63,955 nt of DNA from an uncultured virus (IMG/VR IMGVR_UViG_3300032676_000987) (Duplodnaviria; Heunggongvirae; Uroviricota; Caudoviricetes). A program made the position numbers and the translations under genes. Below the pieces are notes generated by a model. It worked only from the letters and a program-made list of their open reading frames with translations. It ran no database searches and was not told where the DNA came from. The stretch lies in IMG/VR virus record IMGVR_UViG_3300032676_000987, one strand, 5' to 3'. Shown here in pieces: positions 38,717 to 49,792 of the stretch (positions within the stretch are counted from its first letter, which is position 1; every line of letters starts with the position of its first letter).

Positions 38717-38932
38717 ATGGCAAATCAGGATTCAATTAAGGTGGAAGGAGAAATTATAGACGTACTACCAAATGCAACGTTTAAAGTAAAGCTTGATAAC
38801 GGTGTAATTGTGTTTAGTCATCTAGCAGGTAAGATGCGACAGCATCAAATTCGCATACTTATGGGTGATAAGGTCGACGTGGAGCTAACTCCGTATGATC
38901 TTACACGAGGAAGAATAGTTCGGCGCAAGTAA
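38717..38932 (+). CDS. infA: Translation initiation factor IF-1
   Basis: LPNATF.V.L.NG...H..GKMR...[19 protein letters not shown]. Confidence 0.97.
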   Translation: MANQDSIKVEGEIIDVLPNATFKVKLDNGVIVFSHLAGKMRQHQIRILMGDKVDVELTPYDLTRGRIVRRK

Positions 38933-38946
38933 CGATAAATATACTC

Positions 38947-39501
38947 ATGCGTGAGTATATTACCATCCTCGAGGACAAATCAAAACCTCAAGACGTAGAA
39001 ATTATTGCACTAAACTTCGATGTCAAAGAAGTGTCTCCCGTCATGAGCGGAGAGACCCTTAATCTGCATTATGAGAAGTTGGCAAAAGGCTACGCAACAA
39101 GATTCAATGACAAAGAAGGTGACCCCGATTTTAATTATGCGGGCGTTTTCCTACATAACTTATGGTTTACTCAATTCAGAGCAGTGCGAGTCGGTAACAA
39201 ACCGAACGGGCCTATGCTTACTTTTATCAATAAGCATTTCGGTGATTATCGCAAGTTTCAGGCTGACTTTTTAGAAGAAGCCATGAAGATTCATGGATCC
39301 GGTTGGATCTACCTAGCCTACGACGGCAAAATCAAAACAATCAAGAACCATGAAGTGCGCGATGACATTCTACTGTTAGTAGATTGGTGGGAACATTCAT
39401 TTGTGCTTGACTATGGCTCAGATAAGAAAAAGTATCTTACCGAACTTTGGAAGATCATCAACTGGAATGTGATTAACACCAGGTGGGGTAAGTCACTATG
39501 A
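38947..39501 (+). CDS. Fe/Mn superoxide dismutase
   Basis: LHY, LHNLWF, GSGW and DWWEH; four metal ligands present. Confidence 0.88.
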   Translation: MREYITILEDKSKPQDVEIIALNFDVKEVSPVMSGETLNLHYEKLAKGYATRFNDKEGDPDFNYAGVFLHNLWFTQFRAVRVGNKPNGPMLTFINKHFGDYRKFQADFLEEAMKIHGSGWIYLAYDGKIKTIKNHEVRDDILLLVDWWEHSFVLDYGSDKKKYLTELWKIINWNVINTRWGKSL

Positions 39502-40205
39502 GAGCAAATGAGTTCATCTTTGAAAAAAATCTTATGGAGGTACCGCTTCCTTCTGATTGGGACCCAAACGAATTTAGTACCAGACCTACTCCAGAAAAAC
39601 CAAAAGCTAAATCCTTCAAAAGTAGATTGGCGTATGCACTAGAGCGTGCCAAACGATTAGGCACTGGTTCTGCTCGTGTAGCGATGACTATTGAATATCA
39701 AGGTAGACCTACTGTTCTAAAGATTGCAAAGAACGCTAAAGGCATGGCACAGAATGAAGCTGAGGTAGATATTCTAGAAGATGGATACATTGGACAACTA
39801 GACATTGTTATTCCTCTTATCGACTATGACAAGCAGAATCATAAGCCGGTCTGGATTCAAACTGAGTTGGCAGAAAAAGCGTCTGAAGCAAAACTATGCA
39901 AGTTAATGAGGTGCTCTACTTTAGGCCTTCGTAACTTAATAGCAGTTGCGGAAAATAAATCAGGACAGGACCGGTATAGGTCATTAAATCCAATAGAGGC
40001 AAAAAGTTGGATGACTAAAAGGGGCGCCACTGAAGAAGACATAGAGACTACTATGCACTATGTAGACGAACTTGCGACCTTGGCTAGCAGCAGTAACATT
40101 CTTTTGGGTGATTTTTCCCGTGCTAGTAACTGGGGAATCTACAAAGGTAGCCCAGTCGTCATAGATTTAGGATTTACTCCGCACGTAAAGAATGAATTTT
40201 ACTGA
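39498..40205 (+). CDS. Protein-kinase-like protein
   Basis: LGTGSAR, VLKIA, QNEAE, D....NWG and VIDLG motifs. Confidence 0.75.
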   Translation: MRANEFIFEKNLMEVPLPSDWDPNEFSTRPTPEKPKAKSFKSRLAYALERAKRLGTGSARVAMTIEYQGRPTVLKIAKNAKGMAQNEAEVDILEDGYIGQLDIVIPLIDYDKQNHKPVWIQTELAEKASEAKLCKLMRCSTLGLRNLIAVAENKSGQDRYRSLNPIEAKSWMTKRGATEEDIETTMHYVDELATLASSSNILLGDFSRASNWGIYKGSPVVIDLGFTPHVKNEFY

Positions 40206-40258
40206 GATACGGACAATTCTTTCGATCCTTATTGATAAATACATCATAAGGATTGAAA

Positions 40259-41326
40259 ATGAGTATATCTGGAAAAGAATCAATAAATATTGGTCTACCT
40301 AACGAGTCGGTAGGTAGCGATTCACTATATACAGCTTTTACTAAAGCTAGCAACAACTTCACCACACTTTTTGCTTGTGCGAGCCCGTATAATACATTTA
40401 CGTCCGGTGGTGCTATAAACATAACTACTGATTCTTCTAATGGTATCGTCACTTTTACAAACACTGGTGTTACTTCTCTTTCTGCGGGTTCTGGCGTTCA
40501 GTTAACTGGAACGACCGGTGATATTACTATCTCGCTCGTTGGCGGAGGAGGCGGAATAGGTACTGTAACCTCAATAGGTATAACACCTATTTCTACTTCT
40601 AGATTAGTAGTTACCAATACTCCTATAGTATCTAGTGGGAATATCACTATAGATTTAGCAACGACCGGCGCGAATGCAGGAACATACTCTAATCCAATAC
40701 TAACTATTGATGCCTACGGTAGAGTAACATCTGCATCTAACGGGGCATCAGCTGGAACTGTAACTAGCGTAGGGCTAACACCCGGCGCGGGCATTCAGAT
40801 TAACGGTGGACCAATTACTACTAACGGTAGTATCACAGTTACTAACATCGGCGTAACTAGAATCACAGCAGGATCCGGAATTACTGCATCTGGTAGTAAT
40901 GGAAATATCACTATTTCTGCTACTGCATCAGGTGGAACCGTTACTTCAGTTGGACTATCTAGCAACAGCTTGAATGTAACTAGTAGTCCAATAGTATCAG
41001 CCGGTACGATTAACGTTGAGTCTCCAATTGGATTCAGTAGCGAGAATTTAACTAATGGTTCTGCTGCAAATCTAGCCGTCACGGCAAGTTACTTTAGCAC
41101 GACCGGAGGAAGCACTGCTACATTAGCTGCTGGAACAGCCGGACAGATTAAGACATTTATGATGGTAACACACGGCGGAGATATGGTCATCACAGTCGCT
41201 ACTGCTGGTTGGAAAGCTAGCGGATCCGGAACCATAACATTTGCTGCTGTAGGTGCAGGATGTACCCTGCAGTACGTAAATAGTAAATGGTTCTGTGTTG
41301 GCCAAAATAGCGTTACATTCGGATAA
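40259..41326 (+). CDS. Virion structural / tail-fibre-like protein
   Basis: INIG..N...G.D.L..AF.K N-terminus; GTVTSV repeats; TIDAYGRVT; TAAATA upstream. Confidence 0.75.
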   Translation: MSISGKESINIGLPNESVGSDSLYTAFTKASNNFTTLFACASPYNTFTSGGAINITTDSSNGIVTFTNTGVTSLSAGSGVQLTGTTGDITISLVGGGGGIGTVTSIGITPISTSRLVVTNTPIVSSGNITIDLATTGANAGTYSNPILTIDAYGRVTSASNGASAGTVTSVGLTPGAGIQINGGPITTNGSITVTNIGVTRITAGSGITASGSNGNITISATASGGTVTSVGLSSNSLNVTSSPIVSAGTINVESPIGFSSENLTNGSAANLAVTASYFSTTGGSTATLAAGTAGQIKTFMMVTHGGDMVITVATAGWKASGSGTITFAAVGAGCTLQYVNSKWFCVGQNSVTFG

Positions 41327-41341
41327 TAGGAACAAACAAAT

Positions 41342-44300
41342 ATGATTTCCAGCATAAAAATTACTAGTCTTAACAACATAGGGTCTAATCTCAGTTACAC
41401 CTCTCTATTCCCTGTGGTTGATATGTCAGGTACCCCGACTACTAAAAATGCTAATCTTCAAATTGTGGGGAATCTAATTCTTAGTGGTGCTGGTGGATCA
41501 TATTTTCCGCCGGCAGGCCAAGCAATTTTAGCACAATCAGTAACTAACGCCGCGCAACCAAACATAACCAGTGTTGGTACACTAGCTAACTTGTCAGTCG
41601 TTGATGTCAGTACTGTTAGGATTCCGGGCGGGAACAATGGATATGTTCTACAGACTAATGGTAATGGTAATCTATCGTGGACTGCTCAAAGTGGTTCAGG
41701 AAACGGCAATCCGGGCGGAGCAAACTCTCAGATTCAGTTTAATGATTCTGGTCTATTTGGTGGAAGCCCGTCATTGACCTGGGATTCTCCCAACACACAA
41801 TTAAACACTGTAAATTTTGCTGCCGAGCAAGCTACTATCTATGGTCCTTTAGCAACAGTTGATGCAACTGTTACTGGTAACCTAAACCTTGATGCTAATA
41901 TCAATGGTACTAGAGGATTTATTACAATAAATCCTGATCCCGGTAATTCCGGTTTAGCATGGCAATTTGGTGATGAGGGTCCTAATGTCAGTCTGTTAAT
42001 TGCTCCACAGAGTGATGATGCGAACATCGGTGGTATATCATTGCCGGGTTATTCCGGAGAAGCTTTCTTGGGTTGGTTAGGTAATACTGCTAACTTATTG
42101 CCCTCGCCATTTATCAATACTTTATTAATAGACAGTTCAAATAGTGTAACTATCTCGACACAGTTGGGTATGGGCTTTGGTTCTGCAGGTTGGGTATTTG
42201 ATCATGCAGGTAACTTGACTCTTCCAGGTAATGGTGAAGTGGCAATCAATTATGCAAATGGTGTCCCATACGGTGGAGGTGGTAACACAGGTAATGTTAC
42301 ATTCAATGATATTAACATCATTGGCACTGGTAATTTACATTTACAGCCTAATCCCAACAATGCAGGTGCATTTTTGGATATATACTTAACTATCGGTCCA
42401 GATATTCACATTGCAGGTAACGGTGAAAATCTAATTCTTGGAAGAGATAATAACGCAAATGTATCAGTAAATGCAAACGGGTCAGTTAGTATTCAATCAA
42501 CTGATTTTGTTTCGGTTGCACCAACTACAATAGTTATCAGCGGTGCTGATTTTGCAACGGTGAACACTACGTACATAAGAGACCTCAATCAGCTAACGCC
42601 AAGTTGGTATCCGGCGGGTTACAATCCAGCTACTGATCCTTATATACTTTTTGATACGGAGTGGGGAATTTGGACCCCAGGATTCGGTCAAGCACTTTAT
42701 GTGAACATCGGAACATTGACTAATCCATTAACTCAGTGGAATACTAATCCTCCTTTAGGTAGTGTTCCTCCTACTGGAACGTATTTCCCTACAATCAACA
42801 CTAACCTTTGGACGTTCGGCACCGATGGCAACTTAACAGCGCCTGGCAATGCAGATTTCAATGGCAATGTAGTTACAATTGGATCGGGTGCAAGCGAACT
42901 AGCAGCATCATTACAAAACGCCACACTTGTAATAAGTGATAATGGTTCTGCATATGTACAGGCAGCTATCACCAACGTAGCAGATATCGGTTCTGCTGAC
43001 TGGGTCGCTTACGGGCATCACGGCAACGACGCTGGGGGTTGGGTCGATGTGGGCTTTACTAGCTCATTCTTCAGTGACGCCAATTATACTATAACTGGTT
43101 CAGGTGATGGTTATCTGTTTGCTGAGGCCTATCTTCCGGATCAGGCCCCAGCTATAGGTGGCGGCAATTTAGTGTTGGCAACAGGTTCTCAGGGTACAAC
43201 TAAGGACATCATATTCGGTACCGGCGGATTCTTGACAGAAAATATCTTTGGTAGAATAAGCGATTCAAACAACGAACTTGAGTTATCCCGTACCGGAAGC
43301 AGTCTTAATTTTGTGGGCGGCGGAAATATTATCGGCGCCAACAATATTCAGGCAGGCAATCTAACTGTAAACAACATTAATCTTTCTGGGCATATATTTG
43401 GTACTTCTAATCCTAGCCTTGAAGGGTCAGCTACTGGACAGATGTCAAGTGGCAACTTAACTACGGTATCATATACCGCAGGCGCCCAATCAGTGATTGT
43501 TGTTGCCAGTGCATGTGAAACCGGAAATTCCGGGGGAAATGCAGTTGCAAGTATTACTGGTATTACTGGATTAGGGTTAACCTGGATTCAAAGAAGTTCT
43601 TACGTTGACCCAACTACATTATGTGGGCAAAAGAGTGAAATATGGTACGCTATTAACAACAGCGCTACTCCTGTTTCGGGAGTCATTACTATTAGCTTTG
43701 ACATAAATGTAGATGATCAAAGTACTATAGTTTCTAGTTATCAAAATGTAAATCTTAACAATCCATGGACTAGTTCTGGTCCACAATACAGCAATCAAGT
43801 AAACCCAACCAGCAACGTTGCTACTATAACAGCAAATATAGCAGAACACAACACAACAGGTGTTGTATTCATGTCTACTCCGAATTTTGGTAACAGTGAG
43901 AATGGTGCAGGATATGCGGACGGATGGAACACGGTCAATCAGGTTCTTAACAGCGGAGCTGATCTATGGGAATACAGCTATTTCAGTTGTTTACCATTCT
44001 TAAACCCGCAATCCGATCTAGTAGTAAACAGTACTAATGCTGTATTACCGAATGACGCCGACGGAAATGCTACTGGATTAACTATTATTTTTGACGCTTT
44101 GCTAGGAGGTACCGGACTATCAGTTGATCGTTTAAGCAACGGTGCGTATAGCGCAATATTGACTAGTTCAGGAAATCTCAATCTTCCTGGCAATCTAGCA
44201 GTGAGCGGTGGAGTTATTACTGGTGGTATACCTACGCAGATAGACATAAATGATTCCATAACCGGTATTAGTATAGGACCAAACTGTAATGTAACACTCA

Positions 44301-45865
44301 GCGGTAATACTTTTAATTATGCAGAAAGAGGTACTGTTGTAATTGGCAATGTTAATTCAACTACTCAAGCGATAGGTACTTGGTATTATGAGGCGTCTTG
44401 GTTTAACGCATTTAATATCTTTACGGATAATACATATAGCACACCCGTAGATTCATCTACTTGGACAACGTTTGTAGGACCTACAGATGGCACTGCTACT
44501 ATTACAGGTTATTCCCCTATTGTACCCATTACCATAGATGCAGGTGGATATCAAACTGTATTTGGAATAGACGGTAATATATATTTACCATCTAATGAAT
44601 TAGGAAACACTGCATCTATAAGCACACCATTTAATGCTAATCTATCATTTAAAGTAGGTGGAACTAACACATATACTTTAGGATATGATGGTAATCTAAC
44701 ACTACCTGGTAATACATTCGCTGTTAACTATGCCAACGGCACACAGGTCAACATTGGTGGCGGTGGTGGTGCAACTAATCTCATTGCCAACGGTAACAGC
44801 TATGCCAATATAGCCACAGCAGACGGTAATTTGGTAGTCAATGTGGGCACGGATGGCTACGGAACTTGGATCTTTGAAACAGGCACGGGCAACTTGATTG
44901 GCCCCGGTAATGTATCCCAAGGTGCTGGCATTGTGTTCAGCGCAGAACAAAGTGTTTACATCCGTGAGGACATGGGTCAACTAAACATAGATGCTTTTGG
45001 TACAGTAATCACAAGCAATTCTGGCAACACCGGCAATACCCAATCTTGGAACTTTGACAACGATGGTAACTTGACTGTGCCGGGCAACATAATCGGCAAC
45101 AATCTTGGCAATCCAATGTATATCACCGGGGCAACTGCCAATACTGACCGTATAGCTGGCACATTGGTCTTGAGTGGCGGCAGCACAACCAACGGCATAG
45201 GTGGACTTCCGTCGGCTGGTGGAGCCTTGGTATTAAATGGTGGCACCGCAACTGGCTGTGCGACCGTGGGCGGCAGTGTGTTAATCAATGCCGGGCAAGG
45301 CGACGGTGACTGGGGAAATATAACTCTAACTGTCAACTCAAAAGCCACGCTGTTCAACGAATCCGGTCAGGTAATATTGCCCGCAGTCAAGATCGGTACA
45401 GAAATCACGTATGATCCAGGCAATCCTTACGAAGGTGAGCAGCTGGGCCTATACGGCACACGCAGAATCATATCACCTAACTCGGGCAACACCAATCAAG
45501 TTACAATTTCTACCATCATACAGAGTCCACAGTTTGGCTCTCCACAGGTGGTCTACACCGCATACAACGCAAAGGTCTGGGCATTTCGGATGACCATGCG
45601 TATCCAACACGGAGCCGGCACACCGCAAAACATGCAGATGGCCGATATTTTTGCCGCCAGAAATGATTCGGGCGACATAACTTACAGCATAACCAATCGA
45701 CTCAAAACAGATCCAACCGAAGATGATGTGGTGATTGTTCCTGCCTATGATCCAATCTACGGCACCATGTTCATCAATGCCACTGCTACTGGCAACGGAA
45801 CAGCTGCCAATGGATCATACTACTTTACATTCGATGTTGTAGAATTCAACCAAACTTTTGATTAG
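41342..45865 (+). CDS. Long tail fibre / receptor-binding protein (1507 aa)
   Basis: Gly/Asn/Thr-rich; AQPNITSVGTL, PGGANSQIQFND, repeated GNLTLPGN. Confidence 0.8.
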   Translation: MISSIKITSLNNIGSNLSYTSLFPVVDMSGTPTTKNANLQIVGNLILSGAGGSYFPPAGQAILAQSVTNAAQPNITSVGTLANLSVVDVSTVRIPGGNNGYVLQTNGNGNLSWTAQSGSGNGNPGGANSQIQFNDSGLFGGSPSLTWDSPNTQLNTVNFAAEQATIYGPLATVDATVTGNLNLDANINGTRGFITINPDPGNSGLAWQFGDEGPNVSLLIAPQSDDANIGGISLPGYSGEAFLGWLGNTANLLPSPFINTLLIDSSNSVTISTQLGMGFGSAGWVFDHAGNLTLPGNGEVAINYANGVPYGGGGNTGNVTFNDINIIGTGNLHLQPNPNNAGAFLDIYLTIGPDIHIAGNGENLILGRDNNANVSVNANGSVSIQSTDFVSVAPTTIVISGADFATVNTTYIRDLNQLTPSWYPAGYNPATDPYILFDTEWGIWTPGFGQALYVNIGTLTNPLTQWNTNPPLGSVPPTGTYFPTINTNLWTFGTDGNLTAPGNADFNGNVVTIGSGASELAASLQNATLVISDNGSAYVQAAITNVADIGSADWVAYGHHGNDAGGWVDVGFTSSFFSDANYTITGSGDGYLFAEAYLPDQAPAIGGGNLVLATGSQGTTKDIIFGTGGFLTENIFGRISDSNNELELSRTGSSLNFVGGGNIIGANNIQAGNLTVNNINLSGHIFGTSNPSLEGSATGQMSSGNLTTVSYTAGAQSVIVVASACETGNSGGNAVASITGITGLGLTWIQRSSYVDPTTLCGQKSEIWYAINNSATPVSGVITISFDINVDDQSTIVSSYQNVNLNNPWTSSGPQYSNQVNPTSNVATITANIAEHNTTGVVFMSTPNFGNSENGAGYADGWNTVNQVLNSGADLWEYSYFSCLPFLNPQSDLVVNSTNAVLPNDADGNATGLTIIFDALLGGTGLSVDRLSNGAYSAILTSSGNLNLPGNLAVSGGVITGGIPTQIDINDSITGISIGPNCNVTLSGNTFNYAERGTVVIGNVNSTTQAIGTWYYEASWFNAFNIFTDNTYSTPVDSSTWTTFVGPTDGTATITGYSPIVPITIDAGGYQTVFGIDGNIYLPSNELGNTASISTPFNANLSFKVGGTNTYTLGYDGNLTLPGNTFAVNYANGTQVNIGGGGGATNLIANGNSYANIATADGNLVVNVGTDGYGTWIFETGTGNLIGPGNVSQGAGIVFSAEQSVYIREDMGQLNIDAFGTVITSNSGNTGNTQSWNFDNDGNLTVPGNIIGNNLGNPMYITGATANTDRIAGTLVLSGGSTTNGIGGLPSAGGALVLNGGTATGCATVGGSVLINAGQGDGDWGNITLTVNSKATLFNESGQVILPAVKIGTEITYDPGNPYEGEQLGLYGTRRIISPNSGNTNQVTISTIIQSPQFGSPQVVYTAYNAKVWAFRMTMRIQHGAGTPQNMQMADIFAARNDSGDITYSITNRLKTDPTEDDVVIVPAYDPIYGTMFINATATGNGTAANGSYYFTFDVVEFNQTFD

Positions 45866-45874
45866 GAATCATAA

Positions 45875-46615
45875 ATGTCAGCAAACATAACACCATTTAA
45901 CTCGGACGGCGGGTTTAGCACAACAGGCAATATTACTGGTGGCAACATTGCTACCTCAGGCACAGGTGGAGATATCACTTTAACTGGTGGTAACATCGCT
46001 GGTGCTAATAATGTCAGCACTGGAACTGTCACACTTGTAAACGGTGCTGTATTAAAAGATAATGCGGGCAACGCAGTATCATTTGGTCCAGGTGCCGGCC
46101 AAACATCGCAAGGCGACTCAGCAGTGGCTATTGGTCCTTCGGCTGGTGGGAACACCCAAGGCATTGAATCAGTGGCTGTTGGTTCGCTGGCTGGATATGA
46201 CACTCAAGGCAATAACGCAGTGGCGGTTGGTTCATTTGCTGGTCAAACTAATCAAGGGTTACAAGCAGTGGCTATCGGTGGTGGTGCTGGTGCAACCAAT
46301 CAAGGTGTCTACGCGGTGGCAATTGGCGCGGCTGCCGGTGCCGCGGGCAATTCAGCAGTGGCCATTGGTGTAAGTTCTGGTTTTAGTAATCAAGGTAATT
46401 TTGCAGTGGCCATTGGTGCCAGTGCTGGTGCAACCAATCAAGGCAACAATTCAATCATATTGAATGCCACTGGTAGTAGCTTAGATCAACCCACAGCCAA
46501 CACATTCACAGTGAAACCTGTGCGTGGTGATAGCACAGCCAATTTAGTCAGCGGAGGATTCAAAGCAGTGTATTACAATTCCACCACTGGTGAGTTCTGT
46601 TACAGTACCGATTAG
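45875..46615 (+). CDS. YadA-head-like repeat adhesin
   Basis: About seven QG..AVAIG..AG repeats. Confidence 0.8.
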   Translation: MSANITPFNSDGGFSTTGNITGGNIATSGTGGDITLTGGNIAGANNVSTGTVTLVNGAVLKDNAGNAVSFGPGAGQTSQGDSAVAIGPSAGGNTQGIESVAVGSLAGYDTQGNNAVAVGSFAGQTNQGLQAVAIGGGAGATNQGVYAVAIGAAAGAAGNSAVAIGVSSGFSNQGNFAVAIGASAGATNQGNNSIILNATGSSLDQPTANTFTVKPVRGDSTANLVSGGFKAVYYNSTTGEFCYSTD

Positions 46616-46623
46616 GACAATCA

Positions 46624-47352
46624 ATGGCAATAACATTTGGACCTGGAATAACCCTCGGAGCAGGAATATACACAGCACCTCCATTGGTAACTGATGGGTT
46701 ACTGTTAAATTTTGATGCCGCTACATATTCAGGGTCAGGCAACTGGGTTGATAGTTATAATGGCGTTCAAGCGGTTCCTACAAATGCGCCAGCCTGGAGT
46801 TCAACTAATGGCGGAACTTTTGTATTGGATGCTCCGTCGGTTCAATACTTTACTGTGCCTTGGCCCACATTTCAGCCTACCTACACCATAGACATATGGT
46901 TTAACTTTACAGCCAGTCAAGTTGGCGGTGCCCCTTGTTTAATATCTGATGAATTTACTGGTGCGCAATTTAACTTTACAATAAACGCCTCTGCTGATTA
47001 TCTACAAACAGGCTGGTACGATACTAACTGGCAGGGACAGTTTGCTACCAACAATGTCGCAACAGCATTTACACACGATGGATCAACTTGGTACAATATT
47101 ACTATGGCAGTAGGTGCCGCAGAATATAAAGATTACATCAACGGTGCTGTAAGTTATGCGCCAGGCAACTTTGGCGGCGGAGCAGCTCCTAACGGTAGTA
47201 GTCCTACACAGAGATTTTTTATTGGACATCGTTGGGACTTGGATGAAACAGTAAATGCCAAAATAGCTGTGGTCAACATCTACGACCGTGCCTTAACCGA
47301 TGCAGAAGTCTCCCAAAACTTTAATTATTATCGCTCACGATTTGGTCTATAA
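46624..47352 (+). CDS. LamG/concanavalin-A-like domain protein
   Basis: VTDGL.L..DA..YSGSG.W, YING and IYDRALT..EV.QNF motifs. Confidence 0.85.
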   Translation: MAITFGPGITLGAGIYTAPPLVTDGLLLNFDAATYSGSGNWVDSYNGVQAVPTNAPAWSSTNGGTFVLDAPSVQYFTVPWPTFQPTYTIDIWFNFTASQVGGAPCLISDEFTGAQFNFTINASADYLQTGWYDTNWQGQFATNNVATAFTHDGSTWYNITMAVGAAEYKDYINGAVSYAPGNFGGGAAPNGSSPTQRFFIGHRWDLDETVNAKIAVVNIYDRALTDAEVSQNFNYYRSRFGL

Positions 47353-47362
47353 GGATAACACA

Positions 47363-48196
47363 ATGACAAAGCAGCCCGTAATTGATCAATCACAAGATCC
47401 GGGAATTAATCGCACACCCGTAAAGTTCAAGCCAGCTAACCTTCCGATGGCCATTCCCAAATATCATTGGGTACGGGATTTACCTGATTCTCGTGATTAT
47501 ATTTACAAACCCATAGCATCCGTAACTCCGTCGACCGTTGATCTTAGATCATACTCGACACCAATAGAGAATCAGGGTCCATTGGGAAGTTGTACCGGAA
47601 ACGCCATCGCAGAGGCAATAGAGTATCTAAACAGAAAAAACAATAAGAGCACCGAAGTAAGTAGATTGTTTATCTACTATTACGAACGTCTTATCGAAGG
47701 CACAGTTAGCTACGACAGTGGTGCATACATACGCGACGGTATTAGAGCCACATATACATACGGTGCTTCTCTAGAAAGTCTCTGGCCTTATAATATTACT
47801 AGATTTAAGCAGGCACCTTCTCCTGCTGCGGTATCTGATGGATTGAGACGCAAAGTAACATTATACGAGAGAGCGTTAGATTTTAGTGCGTGTATCAATG
47901 CATTGTCTAACGGGTATCCTGTTACGGTCGGGTTTGATGTATACAGTAGCTTTGAAAGTACCACGGTAGCACGAACCGGAATAATGCCGTATCCTAACGT
48001 TCGCACTGAGCAACTTTTAGGTGGACATGCGGTTCTTCTTGTAGGATATAATAATAGTACCCAACAATTTATTGCGAAAAACAGTTGGGGATCCAATTGG
48101 GGTGATCATGGGTATTTTTATATGCCATATGCGGTCATTCAAAATACCAACATGAGCAGTGACTTTTGGATCATAAAATCCGTCAACAATCCATAA
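47363..48196 (+). CDS. Papain-like C1 cysteine protease
   Basis: NQGPLGSCTGNA, GGHAV..VGY and KNSWG..WG..GYF motifs. Confidence 0.93.
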   Translation: MTKQPVIDQSQDPGINRTPVKFKPANLPMAIPKYHWVRDLPDSRDYIYKPIASVTPSTVDLRSYSTPIENQGPLGSCTGNAIAEAIEYLNRKNNKSTEVSRLFIYYYERLIEGTVSYDSGAYIRDGIRATYTYGASLESLWPYNITRFKQAPSPAAVSDGLRRKVTLYERALDFSACINALSNGYPVTVGFDVYSSFESTTVARTGIMPYPNVRTEQLLGGHAVLLVGYNNSTQQFIAKNSWGSNWGDHGYFYMPYAVIQNTNMSSDFWIIKSVNNP

Positions 48197-48221
48197 AAGA
48201 AGCCCCTTACGGGGCTTCTTT
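48196..48221. terminator. Bidirectional Rho-independent terminator
   Basis: AAAGAAGCCCC-TTAC-GGGGCTTCTTT between convergent genes. Confidence 0.85.
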
Positions 48222-48224
48222 ATA

Positions 48225-48428
48225 TTAGGAATCCTTAGGAAGAGAATCAGCTTCCTTCAGAAGTGTAGCAACTTCATCTAGATCATGACAGACCAATTTA
48301 AGATTGGCCCAATCATCATTCTTATTGTGGCCTGAAACTTCGACCATATAAGCATTGTCGTAGAAGTGAACAGTAACACTTTCACTGACCTTAGTCAGTT
48401 TGTCAGCGATCTTTAACACCTTAGCCAT
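48225..48428 (-). CDS. hypothetical protein
   Basis: Operonic ORF. Confidence 0.7.
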   Translation of the reverse strand: MAKVLKIADKLTKVSESVTVHFYDNAYMVEVSGHNKNDDWANLKLVCHDLDEVATLLKEADSLPKDS

Positions 48429-48793
48429 TACTCGGAACCTACAGCATTGAGAATGTCATCAACCGTAGTGTCGATCTTAGGACGATTCTTGATGGCGTCT
48501 AGCGAAGGCTTAGCCTTAACCTTGACCTCGCCCTTACGAGATTCCTTTTCCTTATCAGCGAGAGTGTCACTGATAGTGGCTTGATCTTCCGCAGATTGAT
48601 AAGAAGGATGGGTAAGCATGTGCTTGAGCGCATCGATCTTATTCATTTCGTTCGGCAGTTCAATAAAGTCGGTTCGTTGGGCGCCGCCCTTAGCAAATTG
48701 CTTTACACGGCGAACCATATCGTCAGTGAAGCGAACCTTAGCGTTGCCGTTATGGGCCGTAATACCAACAACCTTAAATAGTTGAGTAGTCAT
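48428..48793 (-). CDS. conserved hypothetical protein
   Basis: KVRF..D...RVK...IELP..M.K motif. Confidence 0.7.
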   Translation of the reverse strand: MTTQLFKVVGITAHNGNAKVRFTDDMVRRVKQFAKGGAQRTDFIELPNEMNKIDALKHMLTHPSYQSAEDQATISDTLADKEKESRKGEVKVKAKPSLDAIKNRPKIDTTVDDILNAVGSE

Positions 48794-48889
48794 GTAATAC
48801 CTTTAAAAGTTGAACCTGTGCAAAATTACACATTATTATATATAATACGGAAGGGTATGAAAGTCAATGACTCTCATACCCAAAACGCA

Positions 48890-49039
48890 TTAGCGAATGA
48901 AGTTCGCGCTCTCAGAGTAAAGCTTAGGACCGTAAAGAGCCTTAGCAAGCTGAATAGCTTCGTAGTTGTTATTAGCTTGAATCTCGACACGAATGTTAGT
49001 GCCGGCATCGTTACGAACCAGAATCCAATAGGTATGCAT
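48890..49039 (-). CDS. 49-aa hypothetical protein (not in ORF track)
   Basis: MHTYWILVRND...; AAGGA SD. Confidence 0.55.
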   Translation of the reverse strand: MHTYWILVRNDAGTNIRVEIQANNNYEAIQLAKALYGPKLYSESANFIR

Positions 49040-49073
49040 TTCAGTTTTCCTTGTTTGTGTTGGGGTTAAGTTT

Positions 49074-49487
49074 TTACGCAGTTACTTCGTACGGCTTGTT
49101 CCACCGTCCGATATTTACATCCGCGTGCCACCCCACATTGAAGTAGTCCGATTGGACGTCCGACTTATTCCAGTTACCTTCATTCAGTGCCGGAATAACT
49201 TCTGACAGAAAAGCGAGGGCTTCGCCGTCAAAATGCTCTTGATAGTGATACGGGTTAACGTAAGCTGACTTAGTGGGAGTGAATCCACGTGCCACTTTCA
49301 TAAGCATCAGCTCCTGGCTGCAAACGCGATTTTGGTTCGCAACAAAGTCAATCTTACCAGACTTGATAGTCAGCACCAACGTAGAGTGATTATCGACCGA
49401 AAGAGAACCCGTAAGATTGTACTTCTTAAGAAGTTCCTTCACCTTAGGGGCGATCTGTTGCTTGCGATCTTGCGACATATAAGCCAT
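49074..49487 (-). CDS. conserved early phage protein
   Basis: MAY.SQ..K..IAP...SD.QSDYF.VG...NIG.W.KPY; promoter and GGAG upstream. Confidence 0.8.
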   Translation of the reverse strand: MAYMSQDRKQQIAPKVKELLKKYNLTGSLSVDNHSTLVLTIKSGKIDFVANQNRVCSQELMLMKVARGFTPTKSAYVNPYHYQEHFDGEALAFLSEVIPALNEGNWNKSDVQSDYFNVGWHADVNIGRWNKPYEVTA

Positions 49488-49549
49488 TTCACGTCTCCGT
49501 TTGTTGAGTCAATCTCTATGATTCATAGTAACAAAACACATACCCGAAG

Positions 49550-49783
49550 TCAACCGATATTAGCCATTTTCTTTTGTGTGAGTTTTCGGTGTTCTTCTTC
49601 GGTCATGTTTTGGTCGTTTAGATACCAAGCCCGACTTCCATCCGCATATTCAATCGCAGGACCATCTTCTCGGTGACGTTGCCCGTTTAAAAACCAATCC
49701 CGAGTTCCGAATACGTCCACATGAATGGTATACCCCTTAAGAATATACCACATCATTTGTTCGTCAGATATCGGAGGTAGCAT
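49550..49783 (-). CDS. 23-aa repeat protein, 1 repeat (paralog of 27647-28225)
   Basis: Same 29-aa head and 25-aa tail ending KKMANIG. Confidence 0.85.
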   Translation of the reverse strand: MLPPISDEQMMWYILKGYTIHVDVFGTRDWFLNGQRHREDGPAIEYADGSRAWYLNDQNMTEEEHRKLTQKKMANIG

Positions 49784-49792
49784 AACTAAACC

